In this document: positions 1-11,303 of the stretch, piece by piece
How positions within the stretch are numbered: the stretch's first letter is position 1
Layout of the letters: every line of letters starts with the position of its first letter
Position numbers and translations under genes: made by a program
The notes under the pieces: model-generated
The model's database searches: none
Told to the model about the DNA's origin: nothing
Seen by the model: only the letters and a program-made list of their open reading frames with translations
Assembly: GCA_964188305.1 (NCBI GenBank)
Contig: OZ076890.1
Length of the DNA stretch: 64,000 nucleotides
Strand: one strand, 5' to 3'
DNA from: Podarcis bocagei
Lineage: Eukaryota

Positions 1-99
1 TCCGGAAGTGTGTACTTGATTGTGACCAAACCAAGTCTCCCGATGTATATTTGGCTCTGGGAGGCTTGGTTTGGTCAGAATCGGGTATACACTTCCAGA
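1..99. repeat. Inverted repeat/hairpin, 42-bp stem (1-42 pairs with 58-99), possibly the centre of a palindromic MITE cut by the window edge
   Basis: Position i pairs with 100-i: 35 Watson-Crick pairs, 5 G-U pairs and 2 mismatches. Confidence 0.85.
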
Positions 100-497
100 G
101 TTAACACTAAATACATTATTTCTGGTAAGTGAGCCACCATAGTCACACTAGAGGGCTGTCAAAATTTGTGTCCCAGGTTTTTTAGACTCATCTACCCATG
201 TACTGTCTGAAACCAAAGAGATGCATTGGTTTTCCAGATGTGAAATACATTTGCATTATTTCCAGCTCTGCTACCCCACTAATACTGCTTTTTTGTAATA
301 AAATCTCAACGTGACTTACAACAAGAATAAGACAATAAAATTACCAATATAAAACAATTATTGCAACTATTTAAAACATTTTTAAAAATAATTAAAATCC
401 ACAATGGGCTAAAAACCAGATGAAAATGCAGGTGGGTAGTCTACATGTCTGGATAGACTTGTCCAAACAAAAACGTTTTTTTAGCAACCACTGGGTA

Positions 498-750
498 CAA
501 TTGTACCTTAGACATCGAATGGAATCTATTCCAGAAGTCCGTTCGACTTCCAAAACGTTTGGAAACCAAAGCGTGGCTTCTGATTGGCTCCTGCAGGAAG
601 CTCCTGCAGCCAATCGGAAGCCGTGGAAGCCCCGTCGGATGCTTGGCTTCCAAAAATAGTTTGCAAACCGGAACAGTCACCTCCGGGTTTGCGGCGTTCG
701 GCAGCCAAAATGTCTGAGAACTAAGCTGTTCGAAAACCAAGGTTCGACTG
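498..750. mobile_element. Tc1/mariner-pogo (Tigger-like) MITE, family A
   Basis: TA at both flanks; degenerate TIRs CAATTGTACCTT/AAGGTTCGACTG; internal palindrome GATTGGCT...AGCCAATC; homologous to 51319-51795. Confidence 0.8.
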
Positions 751-2100
751 TAATTTTTAAATATGCTGAACATCATTGGATCCAGGACAGAGCCTTGCAG
801 CACCCAGCTTGACACTGTGGCCCTCTACATGATATCTGGTAGGAATATGGCTGCTCTACAGATGGGCTTTTGGTCTGATCCAGTAGGGTCCTTATGTCCA
901 TCTGGAGAGGGGCAATTCTCTCCCCAATTCTTCCTCAGCTTAAACAATGGAAAGTTCCTCATCGTCTCCGTAGCCCCCGTCACCATCAATTGCATACAGT
1001 GGGAAAGCCTGGTATCTCCATGTTCCTTCCATCCTGAGACCCCACACCTCATGGATTGAAGGAGACAGATGGCATACCAGACGTCTAGCCGGTGCAAGTG
1101 CACTGCACATCACCCTCAGAAGCATGTGTCAAGCAAAGGGCAGGAGTTCACCTTGAGCAGACCTTTCCTACTTCACCTGGGGGATGTTATTGTTTGGGAG
1201 GCTCTGAATCCTCTCTCAAATACCCTTAGCATAGCTGAAGCAAATGCATCAAATGCCATCCTCATCTCTGCAGAACTAATGGCTACCAGAAGTTTTCTTG
1301 AGCGTATGACATAAAGAGAATGAACTTTGCCTTATCCATCCTTGGAATTCCAATAAAAACAAGAAGTTTCACTTCCTCATAATAGAGGTTGGGGGGTTGA
1401 GCGGGGGAGAAAAAGAGGGGGAAACCACACGCTATATACATATGGTGCTGAATGACATGTGAGTGAAATGTGGGAGAACATAAAACAAAATTACAGGAAA
1501 TGTTACTTGAGGAAACATGTTTTCATACGGCAAGAAAATCGCATATACTAAACCTTCTATTACTCATTATTAGCTAGCTACAGATCTGGTCTACGAAGGA
1601 GACACGGGGCCTGAGTGCTGCAGGCAGGGTGAGGGGTGGGATAATAAAAATGACATTTAAAAACATGTGGTGCTAAACCAACAGACCACTACAGTTTGCA
1701 ATCTGCAAATCGTTTGAAGATATAGAACTGGTTTCGAGTTTCTGGGGACAGCGAGTTGGATCTACGTTAAGCCAGTCACACTTTAGTCCCATCAAATTTA
1801 TTTATTTATTTATTGTATTTATTACAGTTGCTTATTATACCCCACCACCAAAAGTGACCCAAGGTGACTTAACAGCAAGATAATATACAAAGAAGTAAAA
1901 TCGCTTAAAATCCAAATGAAAAACAATGTACTGTTTAAAGTTCCTAAAATGTTCATCCAGCTAGACAATAAAAAGGGCCATACCCCATTAAAAGATGAGC
2001 AGCACAGTGGAAGTTAACTTCACCATCAAAAGCCTGGGGAAATAAATATATATTTGCCTCAGTGTTCGAAATTCGCGAGGTGCCAGGCTCATTTGCACCT

Positions 2101-2343
2101 TCCAATACTTTGGCCACCTCATGAGAAGAGAAGACTCCCTGGAAAAGACCCTGATGTTGGGAAAGATGGAGGGCACAAGGAGAAGGGGACAACAGAGGAT
2201 GAGATGGTTGGACAGTGTTCTTGAAGCTACCAGCATGAGTTTGACTAAACTACGGGAGGCAGTGGAAGACAGAAGTGCCTGGCATGCTCTGGTCCATGGG
2301 GTCACGAAGAGTCGGACACGACTAAACGACTAAACAACAACAA
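2101..2343 (+). mobile_element. Bov-B (RTE) LINE 3' fragment
   Basis: Translates as (YFGHL)MRREDSLEKTLMLGKMEGTRRRGQQRMRWLD...VHGVTKSRTRLND, the Bov-B ORF C-terminus; (CAA)n tail. Confidence 0.95.
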
Positions 2344-3021
2344 AAATCCTCCACTTGCAACCAAGTGAAGATCCCCGGGCTGATGTCTGGTACCTGATGT
2401 CTCCACCATCTGGAGGTAACCTCAAATTCTAGAATGACTGTAACAAGATTATCAATGCTTGTTCCTTTTAGGTTGGTGGCAGACATACAATTGGTTTTGT
2501 GGAAAAGTTGCTCCATTTACAGAATTGTAATCCTGCTGCTATTTAAATTCTATGAGTTGTTTTTTTTTCCTTCCATTTTAATGTTTTCTTAGACATTATT
2601 TATACCAGCCACCTCAAGCTTTGAAAGAGGTGTGTGTATAAATCAGTCATAAAAATGAAAACATGGTCCTCTATGGGAATTCGTTAGCATATCTCGGCCT
2701 GACATGTGCATCTCCGCTGTCAGTTTATGTCATATAAATGCCAGGTATTTTATTTATGTATGCATTTATGCACTGCTTTCCATTAATGAATGAAACGTTC
2801 AGCTACACTGAGTGATTATGTTTCTCCAATACTGATGAGCTAATGGAATAATTTATCTCGGCCAATTGAAAGAAAAAAAAGACGGATACAAATCAACCCC
2901 TTGTTAACGCAGAACTCACTTCCCTCAAGTGATTGTCAGAGTTTAACTTCTTCTTTTTTCCAAAGCTGAATTTATTAAGCTCTTCTTTCTTGCTTTAAGC
3001 TGCTGGTGGGGAACCTTTATA

Positions 3022-3527
3022 TGTCTGGGGGCCACATTCGCTTATGGACAACAGCTGGGAGGACCAGATACCAGTGGAGGCAGAGGCATAAAGTGAAAGA
3101 AGCCAAAGGCACAACTAAGCAGGGCAATGGATATGACTCATGCCTTGGTACAGTGGGCTGCATCCCAACTGAAGTGTAGGTGGGTTCCCAAAAGGCAAGA
3201 CACAGTGGTAACAGCAAGAACTGGACAACAGGGGCAAAGCAACTGCTTATATATGTTTCTGAAGGCCTGGGCCACTCCCACTCTCAACGTGATTGGCTGT
3301 CTAAACTCCCAAGCTGCGTATCATAACTCAGAGTTTAAGGGCCAATGGCAGAGGCCCAAATCCTGAAAAGTTCTGTGACTGGATATCATGTACCGAATCA
3401 GAGCGCAAGGGGCTCAGAATCCTTAGTCCAGACTCAAGCTCAGGCAAACACAGACCACTGAATACATAACACCAACTGCACAAAAGTCAGCGGTTTCTGC
3501 ACTCACATACACTCCTACATCCAGACA
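3022..3527 (-). mobile_element. Possible degraded solo LTR
   Basis: Ends TGTCTGG...CCAGACA; TATA-like CTTATATA and ATTGG inside; no TSD recognisable. Confidence 0.35.
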
Positions 3528-3960
3528 AGCAGGAGACATTAATACAGCTTAAGGTTATCTCCAACCACAGAAAAGCACTCAAGTGGGGAGTGGAGCAGGG
3601 CTTGGAGAGAGGAGGTGTGGATCAAGGAAAGTCCCAAAGCCAGATAGTGGAATTTGGAGGGCCACATTAGACTCCCAGGCTTAAGGTTCACCACCCATCC
3701 TTTGCATCTGCATATGAGAACAGAAAGGGATATGTTAGTGCTGGGCCAAATATGTATTTCTCTATTGCTGCCCTGTAGGCTTGCAGTGGCATCCCAGAGC
3801 ACCAGCCTACGTGACAACACCTCTCTTACTTACTTCAAATGTCTCCTCCAAACCAGCATTCTTCTGTGGACACAGAATAACGGCTGCCTGATGATGGGAA
3901 AAGCCAAAGGGACAGAGGAATGGCGTTTCCTGAAAGAAGGCATGGCCGGCTTTAACAGTA

Positions 3961-4202
3961 CAGTGGTACCTCGGGTTAAGAACTTAATTCGTTCTGGAGG
4001 TCCGTTCTTAACCTGAAACTGTTCTTAACCTGAAGCACCACTTTAGCTAATGAGGCCTCCCGCTGCTGTCGTGCTGCCGGAGCACGATTTCTGTTCTCAT
4101 CCTGAAGCAAAGTTCTTAACCCGAGGTACTATTTCTGGGTTAGCAGAGTCTGTAACCTGAAGCGCCTGTAACCTGAAGCGTATGTAACGCGAGGTACCAC
4201 TG
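3961..4202 (+). mobile_element. Tigger/pogo-like MITE, family B
   Basis: TA-CAGTGGTACCTCG...CGAGGTACCACTG-TA; internal TAACCTGAAG repeats; five copies in the window. Confidence 0.93.
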
Positions 4203-4980
4203 TAACAGGAGCATCCAAAACTGCAGATCTCACTTGTGAGTCACTGTTAGTGAACTAATTCACTGAGTGTAGATTTGTATGTTATCAAAACTGCATTATC
4301 CACACACAAACACACACACACACAACGTGATGTCAAGTATATATTATACGGCCAGATGCTGTGTCACTGAGGATAGGAGAAAAAACTGAGAGACCAGAGC
4401 AGCACTTTCTCACAAAGGTTTTGTGCTGACATGACAGTGCTTGTGGAGTTCAAAATCAATGCAGCTCCCCGCTACTCAGTTTAAGATGAATCCGCATGTG
4501 TTGCAAATGGAATCACATAAATTATACAAGTTGTAAGTAATTGTCTCTCGTGCCTGCTTCTGGCACAGCAGTTAACCATGTACTGACAAAGCACTGCATC
4601 TCGGGACATTCATCCTTGTTTCCCTTCATGTACCTGAAAGGCATAACTAACATCAGAGTCTACCCAAAGATGCATCTTCTCCTTGCAAACATTTGGTGCT
4701 GCAGTGCCGCGGTGGTTTGTTATTATTTATTAAAGTTCTATACCGCCCTTCAGCCAGGGCTTTTATATATACAATATAAAAACACAAAAAGCTAACCATA
4801 GTAAAAAAAACAAAAATAATACCCCCACAGTTTAAAAGGCCACAGAATTGTTTAGTTAGCCAAAGGCCTGGGAGAAGCGGAATGTTATTGCCTGGCACCT
4901 GAATTTATGTCACAGAGGCACCAGGTGAGTCACTGTTGGAGGAGAGAGGGATGTGAAACAGCTCTGCACACCTGGGATGA

Positions 4981-5318
4981 TAGACCTTCCAAGTGTCCCC
5001 ATTTTCTAGGGGCATCCCTGATTTAGAGAACCTTTCCCAGTTTCTGATTTGATCCCAAAATGTCCCACTTTTCCTTAGGGTGTCCCTGTTTTCACTGGAG
5101 AAATGTTGGAGGGTATGGAGTTATCCGACCCCCGAGACGTCTAAAGGCAATCCCGTATAGGGAATTGTTTTTTAAAAAAATGTTTAATGTTTTAAATATG
5201 TTGGAAGCTGCCCAGAGTGGCTGGGGCAACCCAGCAAGATGCAAAGGGGTATAAATAGTAAAATTATCATTATGGAATGGGACGTCCCTTTTTCATTGGA
5301 GAAATGTTGGAGGGTATG
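4981..5318 (+). mobile_element. Composite non-autonomous DNA transposon (hAT6-like, 6-bp TSD) carrying an L2 3' tail
   Basis: TIRs (C/T)AGACCTTCCAA/TTGGAGGGTATG; flanks GGATGA/GGATGG; right end present twice (about 5082-5118 and 5284-5318); homologous to 34153-35189 and 62617-62983. Confidence 0.8.
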
Positions 5319-5348
5319 GGATGGGGATTCTGTGCCCACCTGCCAGCT

Positions 5349-5585
5349 GATTCCCATCTGAAATGTACATTTAAAGCCGTGTCTTACCCCTTTATACAGC
5401 CATGACTTCTCCTGAGGAATCCTGGGGTCTGGAGTTTGTTAAGGGTGCTGAGAGGTGTCAGGGCACCCCTATACTCCTCACTGAGCTACAAGTCCCACAG
5501 CGGTGGAACAATCAATCCCTTTCCCCAAGGAACTCTGGGAATTGTATACCTGTGAGGCAAATGGGGGTCTCCTAACAACCCTGCA
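5349..5585. mobile_element. Partial palindromic MITE (Harbinger-like); related pieces at about 6077-6210 and 11598-11800
   Basis: Shared motifs CATGGCTTCCCCCAAAGAATCCTGGG, TTTGTTAAGGGTGCTGAGA and GAGCTACAA; internal inverted symmetry. Confidence 0.6.
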
Positions 5586-5603
5586 GAAAGTCAAAGTATG
5601 TAA

Positions 5604-5980
5604 ACTTAAAGGACCCCTGGACAGTTAAGTGCAGTTGAATTTGACTATGGGGTGAAGCATTCATGTATGCTTTCAGGTCAAGGGAGCCGACGTTTGTCCA
5701 CAGACAGCTTTTCCAGGTCATGTGGCCAGCATGACTAAACTGCTTCTGACACAGTGGGACACCGTGACGAAAGCCAGAGCACACGGAAACACTGTCTACC
5801 TTCCCACTACAGCGGTACCTATTTATTTACTTGCACTGGTATGCTTTCAAACAGCTAGGTTGGCAGGAGCTGGGACAGAGCAACAGGAGCTGACCCCGTC
5901 GCACAGATTCATAATGCCAACCTTATGATTGGCAAGCCCAAGAGGCTCAGTGGTTTAGACCACAGAGCCACCCGCATCCT
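5604..5980 (-). mobile_element. Sauria (Squam1-type) SINE
   Basis: Reverse-complement match to the other Sauria copies; AAAGTATGTAA duplicated at both flanks. Confidence 0.93.
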
Positions 5981-6655
5981 GATGTAAAAGTATGTAATTC
6001 ACATTCAGCAGTGAGGGGAGTATTTGCATTTAAAAGAATGAACCTTTGTGCCAGTTTCTTCCTATTAGCCTCACTGAGGCTGCATCCACCTCAATAACAC
6101 TGGGGGTTTTCATTTACCTCTCACAGAGCTACAATCCTGACACCCTTAACAAACAGCAGTTCCCAGTAATTTTGGGGGGTGGTGTGCTTTAAATGTGTGA
6201 TGTGCACCCAGCCTCATGCTTACATATCTTAAGAAACAGCTCTTTTTGCTATCACTGTAGCATGACAAATATATCTCCTTTATAAACTGCTTAATCAAAG
6301 ATCTTTCTAAATGGTGGATTTTACTTAAAACCCATCTAAGCTCCCCAAAACTATACACATAAAATAATTATCTTTAAAACAGATCAAAGCAGTAAAATTT
6401 TAAAAACAAATATAGGTAAGTAAATTGTGTGTGGGGCTAGGCTTGCTGAATTTTTTTTAAAAAAAGGTTTTCAACAGGTGTCTAAGGCAATATAGAGAGG
6501 AAGCTTGCCTAACTAGCAGGTAGGGGTTCCCATATAAATTAGATAAATCCTTTTATGCAAATATGCAAGAGGACAAGGGGTCTCATACTCAGACCTGCAC
6601 TCCTCATACCCAAAAGATAATTCTTGCACTTTGGGCAACCATGTCATGTGCTCAT

Positions 6656-7106
6656 GGGGACGGGCCATTAGTAGAGTATTTGCTTTGTGTTATGTACTGA
6701 AGTTCTCACCCTGGGCCAGCAGAGGGATACTGTAGATAGTTTTCACTCAGGTCCACATATGCAAATAAGTGACGTTCAGTGATTGGATAGTTACAGAAAG
6801 TTGTTACAGTTGCGTTGTAGTGGAGCTCTGTATTAGCAGGCTGGCTGAACCCTTCAGTTCAGTTCTGTTCTGGCCTGTGAATAAACAAGAGCTGTTTGAA
6901 GAATCACTGTGTCATCTGATATGTTCACCCACAATGTAACACTTTGCATAAGAAGACCCCGGGTCTCCAATCCCTGGCATCTCCACAGAGGGATGAGAGA
7001 GAGAGACCCCTCTCCAAAATCCCGAAGAGTTTCTGCCAGTTCACAGAGACAACATTGAGCTGGAGGAATCAGTGGTGTGAGCTGGCATGAGGCAGGTGTG
7101 TTCCTA
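6656..7106 (+). mobile_element. Squam2-type tRNA-derived SINE split by a solo LTR
   Basis: GTAGAGTATTTGCTTTG|CATAAGAAG...CAATCCCTGGCATCTCC...CTGCCAGT; similar to 61302-61450. Confidence 0.65.
6688..6941 (+). mobile_element. Solo LTR (254 bp)
   Basis: TGTTA...TAACA termini; perfect 5-bp TSD CTTTG (6683-6687, 6942-6946); internal AATAAA. Confidence 0.9.
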
Positions 7107-7500
7107 GAGGTTATCACCTGACACTGCCTTAATAAAGTGCGGCAAAAAAAAAATATGGCCCATATTGGCAAGCTTATTGGAACACACTAAGATGGTGGAG
7201 CATTGAATGCCAACATACTCTCCTTCTTCCCCCTCCCTGTTCAAGCACGTGTGATGCCAGGAAGGAAATTCAGGCAAAGTATTATTAGATATATAAAAAT
7301 ATGACAAGACCACCGTGCAAGGGAGTAAGTTTACATGTGAAACTTGTCCTTTTAATAAAGCCACTGTAGAGAGATTTGTAATTAGGATAAAGCCATTTCA
7401 AACAAACCCGCCCATAATATTGAGGATCTCCATAATGCATGTTGATAGGCTTTTGATTTGCGATTTTGAAATGTGCTAGAATAATATACAACAAGCCGGC

Positions 7501-7520
7501 GAACAATGGCGGAATTGTTC
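7501..7520. promoter_or_regulatory. Inverted SOX (SOXE-dimer-like) site in a repeat-free block (about 7250-7720)
   Basis: GAACAAT-ggcgga-ATTGTTC, perfect 7-bp arms. Confidence 0.45.
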
Positions 7521-8119
7521 AAAGGATACAAGGGAAACGTATTTGAGAAAGTCAAGCAATGCCTCAGGATCCTGACGGAAAACAAGCTTAAACAGAAAGT
7601 GATCTAACAGAAAAGTCTAGATGGAAAGAATATTAATTTTCTTTGCCTTGGCATTCCTCATGACACATCACCTCACAAGTTGTTCATATTAAATTAATAA
7701 GCTTCAAACCAGCCATACCTCAGGTTTGTGTTGACAGGCCTTTTCTATAGGTATGCCAGACTAGAGAATATATGCAGTTTTGGAATGCCTTTTTGGTCAC
7801 CAACGGCTTGCAGTATTTAATCTGCACCTAACACATTTTCCCCGCTGCCATCATTTACTGCTATATTTACATGTGCAGGTGTCGCCAACCTTTTTAGACC
7901 TGTGGGCACATTTGGAAACGGTGGGCACTGTCACAGGCACTACACACACCACAACCAAAGCGCACACCACAACTTTGCGCTTGGTCCGGAAACTGCAGTT
8001 AGCAAAAGTATTCTGACAAGAGCAAGATCCTGGCAACATATTTACACCTCTGTTCAGATACCTGCACGGGCTGCAAATTTGTTACCGGGCCTTTTTCTCT
8101 CCTGGTTTTTTTTTAATAG

Positions 8120-8174
8120 AACTGTAGGAATTGCAAACGCCTTCTGTCAGAAGAACTGCTGCTAAATCCAAAAG
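8120..8174 (+). other. Candidate 55-nt internal exon (host gene or lncRNA unknown)
   Basis: Long pyrimidine tract then AATAG acceptor; consensus donor AAG|GTGAGT; one open frame NCRNCKRLLSEELLLNPK. Confidence 0.35.
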
Positions 8175-8199
8175 GTGAGTTTAAATAGGATGATAGCAT

Positions 8200-8231
<32 letters not shown>

Positions 8232-8794
8232 TCACTGTTCATGTTGCATCCTGCATTGCTGTGCAGAGGAATAAAACATATTAAACAATTTAATGCAATA
8301 AAAATCCAGAAAACAATAAAACACAGCAGTGATCCAAGGCAAAATAGAACATGATGTTATATGCTGGAATAAAAAAAAACACAGCAAAAGCTTCAAAACA
8401 TGCATTTCCAAAGCTATTTCCCATCAAAATATGCTTGTTAAAATGATGCTTTTGTTTGAGCTGAGAACTGAATTGGAAAAGTCTGGAAGCCCGGGTGCCC
8501 AAGTTTCTCTCTTCACTTCAGTCCAGGAGACGCGGATCAGGGAATATTGGAAGTCACAAAGCCTAAATTTCCTCAAGCATTCCTTTCCTGGGTTTTTGTT
8601 ATTGTATTTAGCAATATTTATACACCACTTAATTTAAAAAAAAAACAACTTCTAAGCTGTTAACCTAATATTACAAAATATTCATTAAAATATAGTGATA
8701 AAAACAGACTTTTTAAAAAATGGGCCAAATATAATAATCAAAACAGCTATGAGCTGAGTCCCTCTATCAATATTCCCACTACATTGAAGTCTAA

Positions 8795-8969
8795 AGCTGG
8801 ATCTACATCAATCTTTAAAACGTTATGTGAACAATATTAGATGCAACGTTCTATAATGTTTAACATGCATTTTCCCTCTGCTGGTGGCTAGCTGCTCTGC
8901 AGCGCCCTCTCTTGTCACATTTTAATAATGCATTGTTGATGTTATAAACTGCAAGTGTAGATCTGCCCT
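8795..8969. mobile_element. Harbinger-like MITE containing CTCF-like motifs
   Basis: TIR-like GCTGGATCTACA/TGTAGATCTGCC; internal TTCCCTCTGCTGG and GCGCCCTCTCTTGTC. Confidence 0.55.
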
Positions 8970-9451
8970 GGGTTATTTGACCACCAGAAGGAGGGCGTTG
9001 TCACTGGCTGCAGAACTCCCTCTCAAGAGAAGCTCAGATATCAATATAAGAATAAGTAAAATAAATAATTCTTATACTAACAACCTTGTACTTGATGTTG
9101 CTCAAGAATTCTAACGAAAAAATCAGTGCGGTTTTGAAACCAGTGGTTATTGGAATCCCCCTTGAGACTCTTGCAGTGGGCTTTGAAAGGTCTGCATTGG
9201 AGCCAGTGTGTGCTGGAACATGGAGGGCAGACCTTGCATATGTGCCTCCCCACTCCTTCCCCTGAATAGGGCTTTTGTGGTTTCACCTGAGGCCTGAAGA
9301 AGGAACTTGTCATTTAAGCACTCCTCACAAGCTCATTTTCCAAGTGAGAATGAAACTGGTTTTGACTTCATGGGAATGGTTTAACAAACCAGAAAGTCTC
9401 CTCTGAAGCTGGATATGTGAAAGGAGATGGGATAGGAAGGGAGAAACATTT

Positions 9452-9975
9452 GAGGTTTAAGGTGCTGGTTTTAACCTTTAAAGCCCTATACGGCCTAGGA
9501 CCCTCGTACCTATGGGACCATCTCTCCTGGTATGTCCCACAGAGGACCTTATGGTCTTCAAACAAAAACATCTTGGAGGTCCCGGGCCCCAGGGAGGTTA
9601 GGCTGGCCTCAACCAGAGCCAGGGCTTTTTCAACCATGGCCCCGATCTGGTGGAACGCTCTGTCACAAAAGACTAGGGCCCTGCGGGACTTGACATCTTT
9701 CTGCAGGGCCTGCAAGACAGAGCTGTTCCACCAGGCCTTTGACCAGGGCACAGCCTGACCCCTCCTTTGGTAATCCTCATAGAACTCTAGCCCAATGGTT
9801 GCCATTAATTTGATTCTGAATGGATTTTAGAATGAATTGATTTTAGAATGTATTTTAATTAATCAATTGTGATTTTATGTAAACAGTGTTACTTTTATTG
9901 TTGTTAGCTGCTCTGAGCCCGGCTTCAGCTGGGGAGGGCAGGATATGAATAAAATGTTATTACCATTATTATTAT
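9452..9975 (+). mobile_element. L2 LINE 3' end (ORF2 C-terminus plus 3' UTR)
   Basis: FKVLVLTFKALYGLGPSYL...RAFSTMAPIWWNAL...KTELFHQAF; 3' UTR ending in AATAAA and (TTA)n. Confidence 0.92.
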
Positions 9976-10017
9976 TATGCCTGCTCCAACAAACCACGGT
10001 TTCTAGGACTGAGAACC

Positions 10018-10174
10018 AGTGGCGTACGAAGGCAGGGGCGAGGGGGACAGGACGCCCCGAGTGCCTCCCTGGGGGGGTGACAAGATGGCCCGCTGCCTCC
10101 CCCCCAGCTGTAGAGCAGCCGAGGGCGCATGCACTATATCCGTATGGGCTGCCGCACGTGCGCAGTCCCGCCCC
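10018..10174. mobile_element. GC-rich hAT-like MITE fragment, apparently interrupted by the adjacent SINE
   Basis: Starts CAGTGGCGTA; CGCCCCGAGTGCC occurs twice; degenerate right end CTCCGCCAC lies after the SINE. Confidence 0.5.
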
Positions 10175-10426
10175 GAGTGCCAGTGTGGTGTAGTGGTTAA
10201 GAGCGGTAGTCTCGTAATCTGGGGAACCAGGTTCGCGTCTCCGCTCCTCCACATGCAGCTGCTGGGTGACCTTGGGCTAGACACACTTCTCTGAAGTCTC
10301 TCAGCCCCACTCACCTCACAGAGTGTTTGTCGTGGGGGAGGAAGGGAAAGGAGAATGTTAGCCGCTTTGAGACTCCTTAAAGGGAGTGAAAGGCGGGATA
10401 TCAAATCCATACGCTTCTTCTTCTTC
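10175..10426 (+). mobile_element. Squam3-type tRNA-derived SINE
   Basis: A box TGGTGTAGTGG and B box-like GGTTCGCGTC; CAAATCCA and (CTT)n tail; near-identical to the copies at 36176 and 40644. Confidence 0.9.
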
Positions 10427-11303
10427 CTCCGCCACATGGCTTCTGAACCAAGCCATATTGTCTTAATTGGGGCTTTAGTTTTAGATCTGCAAAAGACAAT
10501 TTGGTGATTAAGGCACTTGTAATATATGCAGTAGCTGTATACTTTTTTCTTCCTTCCAAAGTCTCTCTTGCTTTAACAGCATTCATGTGTAACACGAAAG
10601 TGCAAGAGAGAAAGATACGTGATACGTTTCCTAGGACTGCGAATGAAAACGCTGTTAAGATTCCTTGATTTCCCTCAGCCATTGTCTGCTTGAGAGCCCA
10701 AGAAATAAATTCTCACCTAGAATGTATGGAGCTGATTTTGCGTCAAACTTAATTTTCGCTCAAGAATTTAGGAGTATTCCCCCACATCACTGTTGAACAA
10801 TGAAGAATTTTAAAAGGAGGTTAAGAGATCAGGATCCCTCCCTAGGTTCCTCCAGAAACACATGACTGCATTTGAAAGCTAAAGGTGGAAGAAAAGAAGA
10901 AAAAACCTTGTCAAATTTGGGAGTATCCTGTCAGCTATAATTAGAGGTGCCAACTACTGACAAAAAGCAGCTTTGCATGAAACTTCTCCATGGAAACAAA
11001 GAAGCTTTGCAAGGAAGGTGTCAAAAAGCAAGAGGGTTTTTTTCTTTCTTCCTTCCTTTCCTTGAGCTTTGGAGCAACGATTCCTTCAATAAGAATAATG
11101 GAAATTCAGCATAAGTATTGAAGGTTTGGCTTTACAGTTAATTCGACAGCTACTGCATTTGATTTCTCTTCAATATCACAAAAATCTACAAGTGATACCT
11201 CACAAAGCCTTACAATCTCTACACATAGGAGGGGATGAGAATTATTTACCACAGAGAACACAGTTTTAACACCTTGTGTCTGGTCAGATCCACTTTTACT
11301 ACA

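Noticed and set aside
763-815. VLQGSVLDPMMFSIF peptide on the minus strand
   Set aside because: Tiny CR1/L2 RT motif remnant, not a gene; too short to annotate confidently.
10175-10260. tRNA genes at SINE heads (also 20908, 36176, 40644, 43066, 61302)
   Set aside because: They continue into multi-copy SINE bodies with tails and TSDs; no complete cloverleaf is evident.
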